A stretch of 64,000 nucleotides of DNA from Carcharhinus longimanus (Eukaryota). The notes under the pieces are model-generated. The model was given only the letters and a program-made list of their open reading frames with translations. It was not told where the DNA came from and made no database searches. Made by a program: the position numbers and the translations under genes. The stretch is taken from assembly GCA_030264375.1 (NCBI GenBank), contig JASCQW010000081.1:29552504-29616503 (forward strand), given 5' to 3'. Within the stretch, counting starts at the first letter, position 1. Each line of letters opens with the position of its first letter. Shown here one piece after another: positions 1 through 11,876 of the stretch.

Positions 1-418
1 CTCCTTTATTTGTGATTTCTACATGAATTAACAGGCAAATTGTTGTCAATTATAAACATGTATTTTAAATGGAAGATAAAGCTAAGACAGATCTTCTGAG
101 CAGTTCACACAATCTGTAGATCATTAAATACTTTCAAACTCTGTCTACCTCATGAAGAATTTCAGCTATACTCCCTGTAAGAGCTAAGGCAGCTGACAGA
201 GGGGTACACCACCAACTCAGATTCCACAGACACAGTCCTCCAAAAACTGCTCTGGCCTGCAAAATTCCTCACGTGGCCTGCTGGTGCTGATCCATCAATG
301 TTATCTTTGGGGATCGATCAGCTCACTTGGGGGGAATGGTTGGTTCCTATTGCAGAGTGACACCAACAGTACAGGTCCATTTCCCCTACCAGCTGAGGCT
401 ATCTCCCTTCTTCTCAAC

Positions 419-1336
419 CTTGCAGATGATACAAAGATATGTAGAGGGACAGGTAGTATTGAGGAAGCAGGGGCCTGCAGAAGGATTTGGACAGGTTAGA
501 GAGTGGGCAATGAAGTGCGGATGGAATACAATGTGGAAAAGTGTGAGGTTATGCACTTTGGAAGGAGGAATGGAGGCGTAGACTATTTTCTAAATGGGAA
601 AATGCTTAGGAAACCAGAAACACAAAGGGACTTGGGAGTCATTGTTCAAGATTCTCTTAAGGTTAACGTGCAGGTTCAGTCGGCAATTAGGAAGGCAAAT
701 GCAATGTTGGCATTCATGTCAAACGGGCTAGAATACAACAGCAGGGATGTACTTCTGAGGCTACATAAGACTCTGGTCAGATCCAATTTGGAGTATTGTG
801 AGCAGTTTTGGGCTCTATCTAAGGAAGGATGTGCTGCCTTGGAAAAGGTCCAGAGGAGGTTCACAAGAATGATCTCTGAATGAAAAGCTTGTCATTATGA
901 GGAACAGTTGAGGACTCTGGGTCTGTACTCCATGGAGTTTAAAAGGATGAGGGGGGATTTTATTAAACTTGCAGGATACTGAGAGGCCTGAATAGGGTGG
1001 ACATGAAGAGAATGTTTCCAGTAGTAGGAAAATCTAGAAGCGGAGGGCACAACCTCAGGTTAAAGGGGCAATCCTTTAAAACAGAGATGAGGATGAATTT
1101 CTTCAGCTAGAGAATGCTGAATCTGTGGAACTCTTTGCTGCAGAAGGCTGTGGAGGTCAGGTCATTGAGGGTCTTTAAGACAGAAATAGATAGGTTCTTG
1201 ATAAGTAAGGGGATCAGAGGTTATGGGGAAAAGGCAGGAAAATGGGGATGAGAAAAATATCAGTCATGATTGAATGGCAGAGCAGACTCAATGGATCGAG
1301 TGGCCTAATTTTGCTGCTATGTCTTATGGTCTTATG
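419..1336 (+). mobile_element. CR1/HER1 LINE, 5'-truncated (RT C-terminus and 3' tail)
   Basis: ADDTK motif and ORF 503-883 (YNVEKCEVMHFG...RDLGV...LEYCEQFW...VQRRFTRMI). Frameshifts present. Ends in a (tcttatgg)-type tail. Confidence 0.95.
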
Positions 1337-1339
1337 AAA

Positions 1340-1660
1340 ACATTTGTGGAAGGAAGAATGAAAGGGAAGGTATCAGGCTATAGTGGGCAGGAGAGATTAA
1401 ATAGCAATTATATTATGGAACAGAGGCAAATGTTTGTGGTAAGGAGACAAAGCATTTGTTCAGAGTGAGTATGGATGCCAGAATGATGAAACAGCTCTGT
1501 GTGAAAGCAAAAACATGAAAAAGCAAGATCAAATCAGCACATGGCAACAAACAGAATCAAAACAGAAAATGGAGTTCGTCGTCTGAAATAGTTGATCTCA
1601 ATGATGAGTCCGGAAGCCTATAAAGTACCTAATGGGAAGATGAGGTGCTTTCCTCAAGGC
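1340..1660 (-). mobile_element. Penelope-like element remnant (C-terminus of GIY-YIG endonuclease and 3' region)
   Basis: Minus-strand translation of ~1582-1656 gives EE.HLIFPLGTL*ASGLIIEINYFR, resembling the PLE C-terminal EEQHLIFRLGTLQPxGLNIEF motif. Confidence 0.7.
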
Positions 1661-1667
1661 CAGAACT

Positions 1668-1803
1668 CTCCATTCACCTGACGAAGGGGCTTACCCGAAA
1701 GCTAGTGAATTTACTATCAAATAAATTGGTTGGACTGAAACCTGGTGTTGTCAGACTTTTTACTGTGTTTACCCCGGTCCAACGCCAGCATATCCACATC
1801 ATG
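1668..1803 (+). mobile_element. Penelope-like pLTR fragment carrying a hammerhead motif
   Basis: Hammerhead motif followed by aataaa and ggtgttgtcagactttttactgtgtttacccc...cacatcatg, a segment shared with the insertions at 48043, 57861 and (partly) 62039. Confidence 0.8.
1672..1710 (+). ncRNA. Minimal type I hammerhead ribozyme motif
   Basis: ATTCAC (stem I), CTGACGA, A-GGG-gctta-CCC (stem II), GAAA, GCTA (palindromic AGCT, NUH = CUA), GTGAAT (perfect complement of stem I). Confidence 0.8.
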
Positions 1804-2515
1804 AAGCAAGAAAACCAGTATATAGCTCTCTGGCTGCACAGCCAAGTTTTCTCTCCAGATTTTATTGCACTCTTCTGCAAAAAAAAAGTCTGAGCGCTTG
1901 GTTTTCACCATCACTGATGGGGCAGGGCCTTTAAGAGTTGATAATGCTGGCTCCACAGAGATTGATGGGATGGATGAGCCCCTCCATTTGCCATTGGCTT
2001 TGGCACAACTGGAAGATCCCACCAGAGGCAAATGCAAGCCATCTTTGCCTTGGGAAAACCGACCATGGGGGCCTGCGGTTGCAGTATATGTCTGCAGCTG
2101 GAACTTAACCAGACTTCATTGCAAGATGAGATTCTGGGATGTCTTCTTCCATTTTGTTTCAGTGCTAAATTGATCCCAAATTCTGGACCTATATGACAAC
2201 TTTAAGTTACTAAAAAACTAAGCCATCCATTAAAACCTCAGTTATAGTACGCCTGCAGCCTGGTTCTTCTGAGTGGTGTTTTCCTTTATAGACTCCCTCA
2301 ATTGGCTCTCATCCTGAGATTCATGCAGGATGTTTGACAGAAAATACCAAGAGTACGACTTGAACGGCAGAACTTAATTTTAGATTTTGCCTTTTAAGAC
2401 CTCCCAAAACACTTTATAGCCAGTGAGTGAGGTACTCATGTAATGTAGGAAACTACAGCAGCTAATTTGCACATAACAAGAATTCCCAAACTGCAAAGAG
2501 ATGAACGGCCAGATC

Positions 2516-2663
2516 GAATCATAGAATCCCTACAGTGCAGAAGGAAGCCATTTGACCCATCAAGTCTGCACTGATCACAATGATCAGTGACCCCGCAACC
2601 CCATGCATTTACCCTTCTAATCCCTGACGCTAAGGAGCAATTTAGCATGGGCAATTCACCTAG
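2516..2663 (-). mobile_element. HE1 SINE 3' part with HER1-like tail
   Basis: atagaatccctacagtgcagaagg..gccatt..ccc...tttagcatgg, as in other HE1 copies in the window. Confidence 0.85.
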
Positions 2664-2949
2664 ATAATCAGCTTGTGATGTTTGTTGGATAAATATTAGT
2701 CAGGATACCAGAAGAACTACCCTGTCCTTTCAAATAGCATCATGGGGTCAAAGAGCAAAGAACAACACAGCACAGGAAACAGGCCTTTCGGCCCTACAAG
2801 CCAGCACCGCCCATTTTAACATTCAGTGAGTGTCTCATTCCAATCCTACTTCTACCTATGACTTTTGTCTACGCCTCTTGGACTCCACAATAAAGGAGTG
2901 CAAATTTAGAGAATTATATGTGCGCTAGATTAAGGGAGGTCTAATTTAG

Positions 2950-3076
2950 GGACAATTTGTTAACACCAATCAGCCTAAAAGCACGTTTTTGGGGTGTGGG
3001 AGGAAACCGAATCACCCGGAGAAAACCCATGCAAGCACAGGGTGAATGTGCAAACTCCCACAGACACCGACCCAAG
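2950..3076 (-). mobile_element. HE1 SINE central fragment
   Basis: tgtgggaggaaaccg..cacccgga.aaaaccca..gaatgtgcaaactccc core. Confidence 0.8.
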
Positions 3077-5859
3077 TCGGTTTTACATCCACCTCAGTTT
3101 AACATCTCATCCAAAAGAAATGGCAACTTCGACACTGCAGCACTACCATAGTACTGCAATAAAGTGTCAGCATAGATTATGCGTTAAGCTCTCTGCACTA
3201 CGACTAGAACCAGTAGCTTTATGGTTCTGAGATAAAAGTGCTATCTTAGTCAAGTCTGACATCAAACATGGTTAGCACAGATTTGGACTGTGTTGACTAT
3301 CAGTTGAGTTGAGTATCTCAGACCTTGGATATCACCTGTCAGAACCATTTCTTGATTTCTTAGAGCATTATATTGCTCAATGGGTAAGTTTTATTTCTGA
3401 TGTATCTGGAAAATTTTAAAGGCTATTAATGCAGAATGAAAGTGATTCACTGTGTGGTGCTTTGACACATGTATTTCATATTATTGATGATTTATTTAGA
3501 AATTCATGTATATTCCTTTTAAATAATGTCATCAAGTAGCTCATTTCTCATACTCAAAGCAGTCATACTTGTGGCTGTGGTCTTATCGAATTAAATAAGT
3601 AAACTTCAGTCACTCAGTGGATTTCTATCCTATGACATACAGATTGGAGCTTATTTTAGATCTGTCCCAAGATCATACCAGATGTTCTTCTATCTTAATA
3701 GAGAATAGCACCAAATGTCTTCTGCTGCCTTAACTCTTTGAAGTAACACAATTCAATTGTCTTAAAGTATTTGAGCATTTTTGATGATTACTTATTGTAA
3801 CGTGTGTGCAAGGTGACATTTATTAATTTCCCTCCTATCACCACCACACCGCACCCCCCCCACAAAAACTGGTCTGCAAAGGTGATGATGTGTCCTAACA
3901 GTGGTGCTAAGGTAATAATACTGGGATAAATGGTGGGAAGCTCCATAGATTGAATTTCCTTCAATCCACACCACTATCCCACTAGATTTCAGGGGAGATT
4001 GCAGAGAATGTTCTAGTCCTAAGTGTACAAAATTCAATAGTAGCTATGATTATTGTTGTTCTTAATTGGCATAATAGGTATTTATTGGGTGCCAATTGAC
4101 CATTTTAGCACAATAAACAAAACATATTTCATCGTTATTCCATATGAAAAATTAAGTGGTCTGGGTTACGTACAGAGTTTCAGAATCTGGCAGTACTTTT
4201 TATCATGTGATTTCCAACAAAACTGATTATTCTGTAAAGATTTCTCTTCTCCCTCCCCTCCTTCTTCCCTGTTCATCCTTCCATTTATTTTTTCAATTTT
4301 CTGTTGATTTGACAAAGTTAACATGAAGCAAAGAAAGCTACCAGGTTTATTTTTCTGACAATATAAATCTCCCTTTTTTACAGCTACAAGACATTAATTG
4401 CATTCATGGGCCTGAAAATAACCATCAATGAGCCTCGTGACTAAACATTTCTTAATTTTGTCTCTTAATTTTTCATAGTTTTGGAAAGTAAAGAAATGAA
4501 ACACTGGACATAGGAATGGCCTGTTTCAGCCTGAAATGGTAACCAAGTAAGCAATTGAAATTAATGAGAACAGAGCAGAGTTTTATTTTGGTAGCAGTCC
4601 TTGTGTTGAACGAAGCAAGTTAAGACTAGGAGTCAGACAAGCTGCTTGACAGCATAGAGTAGGTGAGAGAATGAAATAGGTAATGGTGAGCAATATACCC
4701 TCTCTTTTTTGGAGTACAAGCAAGATTTCTTTAACTGGCGGCCCCTTTAATTTCTTTTATGTGGCTGCTCGTTCAGAGTAACCTAGAGGGGCAGATTGCC
4801 AGATTGGAAACTTAAAGGGAACATTGATAATCAGTGCCATTGATGTACATGTGTAAGTTGATTTTTTTTGTTTTTTGATATCACCAAGGAACAGCGTGGT
4901 GACATTACAAGGCTGAGAATAGGTTACCAGGGAACTCTGGAGAATGATGCATGTTGCATTCACTAGTCTGTTTTATTTGTAGGTTGACTGAATTACAGAA
5001 ACTGAATGGCACAGCAAGATACTGGAACTGCATGACATTAAATAGTAGAATCAGTTCATGAAGGNNNNNNNNNNNNNNNNNNNNNNNNNNNNNNNNNNNN
5101 NNNNNNNNNNNNNNNNNNNNNNNNNNNNNNNNNNNNNNNNNNNNNNNNNNNNNNNNNNNNNNNNCTAGTGTTTTGACGTACACACCCTGCTGGTTCCCCT
5201 GTACAGAATCAGTACATGAAGTGTTAAAATAGTCTGTTTAGAATGTATTTCCCACAGAGTTTGATAAGTGACAAAGCTTTTGAACAAAACAATCTTCTAT
5301 GTTTCTTGGCATATCTTCGAGGTTTGATTTTAATGATGTGAATTTCACATCATCAACACAGTTGAGATTTCCTGCCAAATCTGAAAACTGGGAGAAGATC
5401 CCAGTATATATCTAATTAAAAGCTTGCAGAGATTAGAACTGTAAATCATTCATGATTGGAAAACATAGCAGTAGAAATTATTACTTTTAATGCTGATGGT
5501 GAGGTGCTAAAATAACTTCTATACACTTCTGAATAATAAGCTAAAACATCTTGCTAAATTTCTTTGCATAATGTAGCCATCACTGACGATCACAATTGTT
5601 GATAAAGTTTTATTCCATAGTTTCATTTGTGAGAATCTAGTACAAGAGCTAACTACTTCTAATCCTCATTAAAAGAAAACTTTAAACTTCTACAAATTAA
5701 TGAGTGAGCACAAATTGCATCTAAGAAGGAAATTTAATTCTTCCACCTGTTCCCCGGGTATGATAGGCTTAATTTGGTGGCGGCTGTAAGTCGGTAAAAA
5801 CAGATCAGCCTACTGTGATTGCCTGGCTGCCTGTACTCCTGTGACCATTTCTCGCATTG

Positions 5860-6152
5860 TTACTCCCCAACCTCGTCACTCACCAGCCTCCAGCCTTCCC
5901 CCAGCCTTGTCCTTCCCCCAGCCTCATCACTCACCCAGCCTTGCCACTCCCCAGCACCTTGCCTGCCCAGCCCTGTCCCTCCACCAGTGTCACCTGTCCC
6001 CAGCCTCGTCACCACCCCCCCCCCCAGCCTCATTAACACCCCCAGCCTCGCCACTCGCCAGCCCTGTCCCTCCCCCGCCCTGTCCCTCCCCCGCCCTGTC
6101 CCTCCCCTAGCGTCGTCTGCCCCCAGCCTCATCACCCCCCAGCCTCGACACC
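5860..6152. repeat. C-rich degenerate minisatellite (cccagcc-based units) running into an assembly gap
   Basis: Repeated cccagcc(t/c)..tc(a/c)c units of roughly 18-20 bp. Explains the Pro/Ser-rich spurious ORFs here. Confidence 0.8.
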
Positions 6153-6814
6153 NNNNNNNNNNNNNNNNNNNNNNNNNNNNNNNNNNNNNNNNNNNNNNNN
6201 NNNNNNNNNNNNNNNNNNNNNNNNNNNNNNNNNNNNNNNNNNNNNNNNNNNNTCCTGTGAGAATAATACTAAGCCACTGCCTTCCCATCTGAATTTCCCA
6301 TATGAGGCCCAATTGACCAAGATTGCGAGGTAAGTGGGTGATTTGAGCAGTGAATGATGCTAGTAGTGGAGTTGATAGGAAACGGTGTTTGACTAACCTG
6401 CAATTGCTGAGTTTATTCTTATATCCTTTTCTGAATGAGATTATAACATTTGTCTTCTGTTACCACCCTCCAATCTAAGCAGGATGGAAAGATTGTGACC
6501 AGTACCTCCATAATTTCCATGCTTGCTTCTCTCAATATCTTTGAATGCTTCCTATCTGGTCCTGGTAACCTATCAAATTTAAGCCACCCATTCTATTATC
6601 TCCTCTCTCAGCTTTTAGCCCATCCAGTATTTCAACCACCTCATCAATCACAATGACTTTGTAAAGACAGAAGCACCTCAATCATTTGCACTTCAATCAT
6701 GCCCTCTGCTTCCATTCATAGATTCCCTTTTTTAAGACCATAATCTGCTCCATTTACCACCCTTATACTTTCCCTTCACCTGCACAAGACGTTTAAAGTA
6801 AAATATGGATTAGA

Positions 6815-7155
6815 AAGCCAATATCATAATGGTGATCATGAATCTACTAGATTGTCATAAAACCCATCAGGTTCACTAATGTATTTCACGTACATTTTTC
6901 TAAAATTTATTCATTCATGGATGTTGCCATCCCTGGCTAGGCCAGCATTAATTACCCGTGTCACCCTTATGGATGTGCCATCTTTATCTAGTCTGTGACT
7001 TTGGACCTATTGCAATGTGGTTAACTCTTAACTGTGCTCTGAAATGGCCAAAAAAGCCATGGATTTGTATTCAAGAAGGTCACCACCTTCTCAAGGGCAA
7101 TCAGGTGTGGATTAATAGTCCAGTGACATTAAGTGACTTTGCCTGTGAATGGATA
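6815..7155. mobile_element. Degraded 3' ends of an L2/CR1-like LINE in both orientations
   Basis: gccagcatt.att.ccc (minus) and ttcaagaagg..caccaccttctcaagggcaa (plus), shared with 48525-49345, 53385-53590 and 58485-58912. Confidence 0.6.
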
Positions 7156-8232
7156 ATGAAAAATCATTTTGGAAGTGGTTCTATTATTTGCCACTTCTAC
7201 TGTAATCTAAGCTGTATTTTAGGATGAATGTATCTCTGATATATCTGATTTACACTCAATTTTTAGGACTGAAACTACATCACTGTTACACCAAAACAAA
7301 GTTTGGTTTCAAAGTGTACAGACATAGTAGTTAGAGGGATGAGTCGTTAATATGGACTGAGAGATCAATGCAAGCACAGTACATGGATTTATTTCCTTTG
7401 GGCACCTGTTAATCCAACCTTAGCTTGGCACCTTACCTCAGTCCAGAAAACTTCCTCACTTGCACCCACATCTATGGGCGTGGACGACTTTATTGAATGC
7501 TGGTCCTTCCCATCATGCTTGCTTGCCTTTGGCTTTCTTTGGAGGACTTCCCTCAAAAATTCCTTCTTTCAATCAAAAATGTTCACCTTCTGCTATACCT
7601 CCTCCAGAATTAAAGGGAGACATTACAGCTCCTGCAGACATGTGTCTGCACCTGCTCCACTGAATCTTCCACTCTCTAATGATTATGTTTTTATAGCTCC
7701 AATTTGGTGGTGGCCAAAATGAAAACCTTCCTTTGCTGCAGAGCAGTCAGGTTCCAGTGGAAAATGATGCATTTTTCCTTTAAGTGCTGTAGTCTTTAAA
7801 GAGCTGGTGCACTATTTATTCTGTGCTCATTAATTGAGGGAACATCTATTTCACATCTGGGAAATGTTAGGGAGTGTATTTGATTTATGCAAATTAAGTG
7901 ACTGTTGGATTTGATGGGAGGCCCTTCCAGCTGTATGAGATTGTGGAATCACAGCTGTTCCCCATGAACAGGCAATCAGCCCTTCTAATTTAATATCTGG
8001 TTATGAACTTTATACACTTTACATGCAGAACAAGGGAATAAAAGTTATTAGGAAAGCTCAGCAGTTCAAATGTTTGAACATTGACTTTCTATCAAATACC
8101 AGGCGATACATTGATTTTTGGGGACTGCCAGTTACTGTAGCTTGCCTTGCTCACTTTGGTGAGTTTTGTTTTATCCATTTAGAACCAGGTTGCCCTATGA
8201 AATATTGCAAAAACCTCTTATGGTGAAACTCT

Positions 8233-9280
8233 GGGCCAGAATTTCCCAGAGTTGGGGAGACTCTACTGACATTTGAAAATGTTGGTTGGGACCCAGATGT
8301 GGAAGTTCTCCCCCTTTCCAACAGATCCAACTTATGCCAGCATGGGACAGGGGTGGTACATGATTCACATTAGGTGGAAACCTGAACTCAGCAGAGCCAT
8401 TTGAACTTAATTACAAGGACCTTACTCTGTAGTGTGGGAGTCACAAATTGATGGAGTAGATGCAGATGTTATTAAAGGGCTCGGAAAGTCTGTGTCATGA
8501 TTTGAAGTTTTTTTTAATTCTCTGCTTTTAAAACTCAGAGAGAAAAGACAGGTTAATGCTGTCAGCAAGAAAAACACCATCTGTTGGACTGCTTTGATTG
8601 ACAGGCCATCTGGTGTACGTTAGAAAAACCCATCTGTCACAATATAGATCGAGATCTTCGACATTTTCCGTATCCCAAAGGTTATGATTATGCCATTATA
8701 CTTGGTGGGTTGCAAATACTATAATTTCCCCAACAGAGGATTCTGAATTCTTAGTTTAAAAGGGTGTTAAGAACTTAGTCGTCTTTTTTTTTATTTTTGT
8801 TTGTAAGAGATTGAACACTCGAGAAGATTTAAAAGATTTGAATCTGTATCATTTGTGAGAGATTGTCACTATTAAATATAAATGAGTAACAGCTGCATTA
8901 GATTAATAGAAGTTTATTTGTTTCATCTCCACATGATTCCTGAGCTCTACCCATAGTGGATACTGGATGAATGGCTATGTTGGTGGCATGGGGGGTATGA
9001 ACAATAATGGAGGAAAGCATGAGTTGGCAAGGAAGGATCATGAGGATAAGGGAGGACATTGGGAGGAATGGGGGGGTAGAGGATTGGAAAACTTAACCTC
9101 TTCTAAAACTGAGATAAAGTCCCAGACCTTCTAACCAACCTCCCTGGGCCTGACTTGATCTTTTTCTGCCTTCCCTGACCAAAACGTTGATCCAGCAGTG
9201 CCTTTTAATCCAAGGTAGGTGTGCCATGTTGGGAAATTTTCCAACTTGAGCTACCTGCTTTGGCAGTGAAAATTTGGTCC
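8233..9280. mobile_element. Old non-autonomous DNA element with degenerate TIRs
   Basis: Ends gggccagaatttc / gaaaatttggtcc. Internal motifs (gggaa.ttttccaacttgag, catgagttggca, ctg.gat.aagtccc) recur in 13045-14185. Confidence 0.5.
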
Positions 9281-9281
9281 T

Positions 9282-9382
9282 TTGCTCCTGCCTCCACGTA
9301 TGCTGTCTGACCTGATTTTTTTTCAGTGTTCCTTGTTCATATTCAGACTTCAAGTGTTCACAGCATTCTGCAATGCTTTGTT
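9282..9382 (+). mobile_element. Degraded PLE terminal fragment (second family)
   Basis: ctccac..atgctg.ctgacctg...ttcaga..tcc.gcattctgca, the reverse complement of the motif at 26345 and 56905. Confidence 0.5.
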
Positions 9383-10239
9383 AATATTTCCTCATTATTA
9401 ATAGTAATTGCAGAATTCCTACTTTCCCAGATAGTTCTGGGCATTGTGTTCAGAGAAAAGAATGTAAAGCCATGTAATGATGTTGAAACTGCGGCAACTG
9501 AGTAACATATCCAGTTATCTTAGGGAGATTTATGATTACTGCTTTCAGCTGTTTGAAGTGGGAAAGGGTTAATGATGTGTTAAATGCAGTCACTGTCTGT
9601 TCTTTAAAGACTTGTGTTGACATGGCTTTTATAATGAGTCTTGACAATTGTGCTGAAGGTGTTTGATTGTCATAGGCATTTGTGTGTGTCTGCAATATGT
9701 CCACATTCATTTAAGAACCTTCAGTGTTAAGGCAGCACAATTTCCCAGTTAAATTTAAGTGGCCTCACCTCAATCAGATCAATAATCCTGCCACTTCCTC
9801 CAAAACTAGGGGAAATATTTTATTTTAAAAATCAATTGCGTAAAATGTTTGAATATGCATGAGTTTGTATTTGACCTTGAGCATTGAATGATTTTTGTTC
9901 AGAGGTTTGGAGAACGAATGAACAGTCTTGCTAGACAAAGAATGCTATAGAAATGTAAGTTGTTGAACTATTTTTGCAACAAATCTCTACTTAACGTTGC
10001 ATATATGCAGCCATATGTTCTAATGTTTAAAAAACTGCTTTCGTTATTATTGTACAAATAAAAAATCCAGTTTACTTCCCCACCATCCTGGATTAACCCT
10101 CTTGTGGAATTTTGACTCAAAGCAGTATTCTCTTCCATTTGTTTTTCCGAGGCTTCATGAGGGCTTAGGGTTGAACAAACTAGTCTGATTTTTCTCTCCT
10201 CGCCATTCACTATCTAAAATAAAGGTCCTAAGTTTTTTT

Positions 10240-10470
10240 TCATTAGGGTCACAAGTAGGCTTACATTAACATTGCAACAAAGTTACTGTGAAAATCCCCT
10301 AGTTGCCACACTCCTGTTTGGGTACACTGAGGGAGAATTTAGCCTAGCCAATGCACCTAACCAATGTGTCATTTTGGATTGTGGGAGGAAGCCAGAGCGC
10401 CTGGAAAAAACTCACACAGACATGGGAAGAATGTGCAGACTCTGCATAGAAAGTGACCCAAACTGGGAAC
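10240..10470 (-). mobile_element. HE1-type SINE, subfamily with gtaagcctacttgtgac tail
   Basis: gtcacaagtaggcttacattaaca.tgcaa..aagttactgtgaaaatcccctag tail plus HE1 core. Confidence 0.9.
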
Positions 10471-11139
10471 CAGAAAAGACGCATAAGATCTGATATTTGA
10501 AATCATGTGACTGAGCACTGCTGCCTCACAGCGCCAGGACTGGCTAAGTCAGTGCTAAGTCACATGATTTCAAATATCAGATCTTTTGCGTCTTTCTGAT
10601 TGGAATCAAATCCAAGATGCCTCAGATTGATAACTTTGGGAGGGCATTCTGCCACGCAAAACCCACCGCCAGTTAAAATTTGTTTATATTCAGGCTTTCC
10701 ACGTAGACCTTGAAAAGCCAAGATTTACATTTCAACATTTCCAAAACCTTGATGATTGAAGGTAACTAATTCTGACCACACACGTTTTACACTTGTGTTT
10801 CTTTTAATCCCTATGGAATTGACCAAACTATCAAATGTGATTTGTTGGATATGAGTGAGGATGCAATTTGTCAATCAAGTTCATTTTACTATATTAGCAA
10901 AATGTCATGCAAGGTCTGCTGAAGCACATTCTCTGTCTGCTTACCTAGCAATACAAACAAGTTTCAACATGGAAGCAGATTATTCAGTCAAATGAGGCCA
11001 TGATGACATTATCCCCCACACAAGCTATTCACCCTATTCTCAACTTCCTTTCTTCATCGACTTATCTCATCTAGAACATTGACAGTGTCTGCCTAAGCCA
11101 ATAACCCTGGAAATAAATTTCACAGTCACACAACTCTCT

Positions 11140-11690
11140 GCAGAATGGTTACAACAGAGAAGGAGACCATTCAGCCCGCTGTATCAACGTTGGTTTTCTG
11201 TCACAAGATCTCGGGGNNNNNNNNNNNNNNNNNNNNNNNNNNNNNNNNNNNNNNNNNNNNNNNNNNNNNNNNNNNNNNNNNNNNNNNNNNNNNNNNNNNN
11301 NNNNNNNNNNNNNNNNTTCAGCCCGCTGTATCAAATTTGGTTTTCTGTAACAAGAACTCGCCCCCCCCCCCCCGTCCTTTCTCATAGTCCTGCAAAATTA
11401 ATTCCTTTTCAGCTGCTTATCCAATTCCCTTTTGAAAGTCACAATTGAACCTGCCTCCATCAGCCTCAGTTGGTGCATTGCAGATCCTAATCACGAGTCT
11501 CATGAAAAAGAGTTTTTCTCATCGTCTTTGGGTCCTTTGCCAAACACCTTAAATCAGTGTCCTATAGTTCTTGATCCTGCTACCACTGTGAACAATTTCT
11601 CTACTCTGTTTAAACCCTCAATCTCTCTCAATTTTCCTTTCTTGAAGGAGAACAGCCTCATCCACTTCACCTATCCACATAACTGGAGTT
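11140..11690 (-). mobile_element. Degraded CR1 3' region, interrupted by a gap
   Basis: aggagaccattcagccc tail, ttatccaattcccttttgaaag and aaggagaacagcc segments. Confidence 0.6.
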
Positions 11691-11715
11691 ATGAAGTGTG
11701 ATACTATAATTAAGA

Positions 11716-11876
11716 ACCACCAATGCCTCTATTTTCTCAGAAGACTAAGGAAATTTGGCATATCAGCTACAACTCTTACCAACTTTTACAGATGCATTAT
11801 AGAAAGCATTCTTTCAGGTTGTATCACAGCTTGGTCTGGCTCCTGCTCTGCCCAAGACCACAAGGAACAACAAAAA
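11716..11876 (+). mobile_element. Rex1/Babar-like LINE RT C-terminal fragment
   Basis: HQCLYFLRRLRKFGISATTLTNFYRCIIESILSGCITAW matches the Rex1-type RT C-terminus (LYFLRRL..F, FY...IES.L...I..W). Confidence 0.85.

Larger units (their letters stand above)
2388..3250 (-). mobile_element. Old Deu-domain SINE (SacSINE1/AmnSINE1-like), split by younger insertions
   Basis: Collinear segments at 2388-2515, 2664-2747 and 3085-3250 (tgtaatgtaggaaa..cagctaatttgcac; tttaacatctcatccaaaaga..gcagcact..gtactgca) resemble DeuSINE tail, Deu domain and head. Confidence 0.65.

Noticed and set aside
3364-3383. Possible 20-nt micro-exon (ttcttAG...TGG|GTAAGT)
   Set aside because: No similarity to ERI3, frame-shifting, and expected by chance.
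5046-5221. agaatcagt.catgaag repeated across a gap
   Set aside because: Probably the same contig-overlap artefact.
5819-6312. Pro/Ser-rich and Gly/Arg-rich ORFs
   Set aside because: Translations of a C-rich low-complexity repeat extended by N runs.
11168-11360. Direct repeat ttcagcccgctgtatcaa..ttggttttctgt on both sides of a gap
   Set aside because: Overlapping contig ends around a poly-C run; most likely an assembly artefact.
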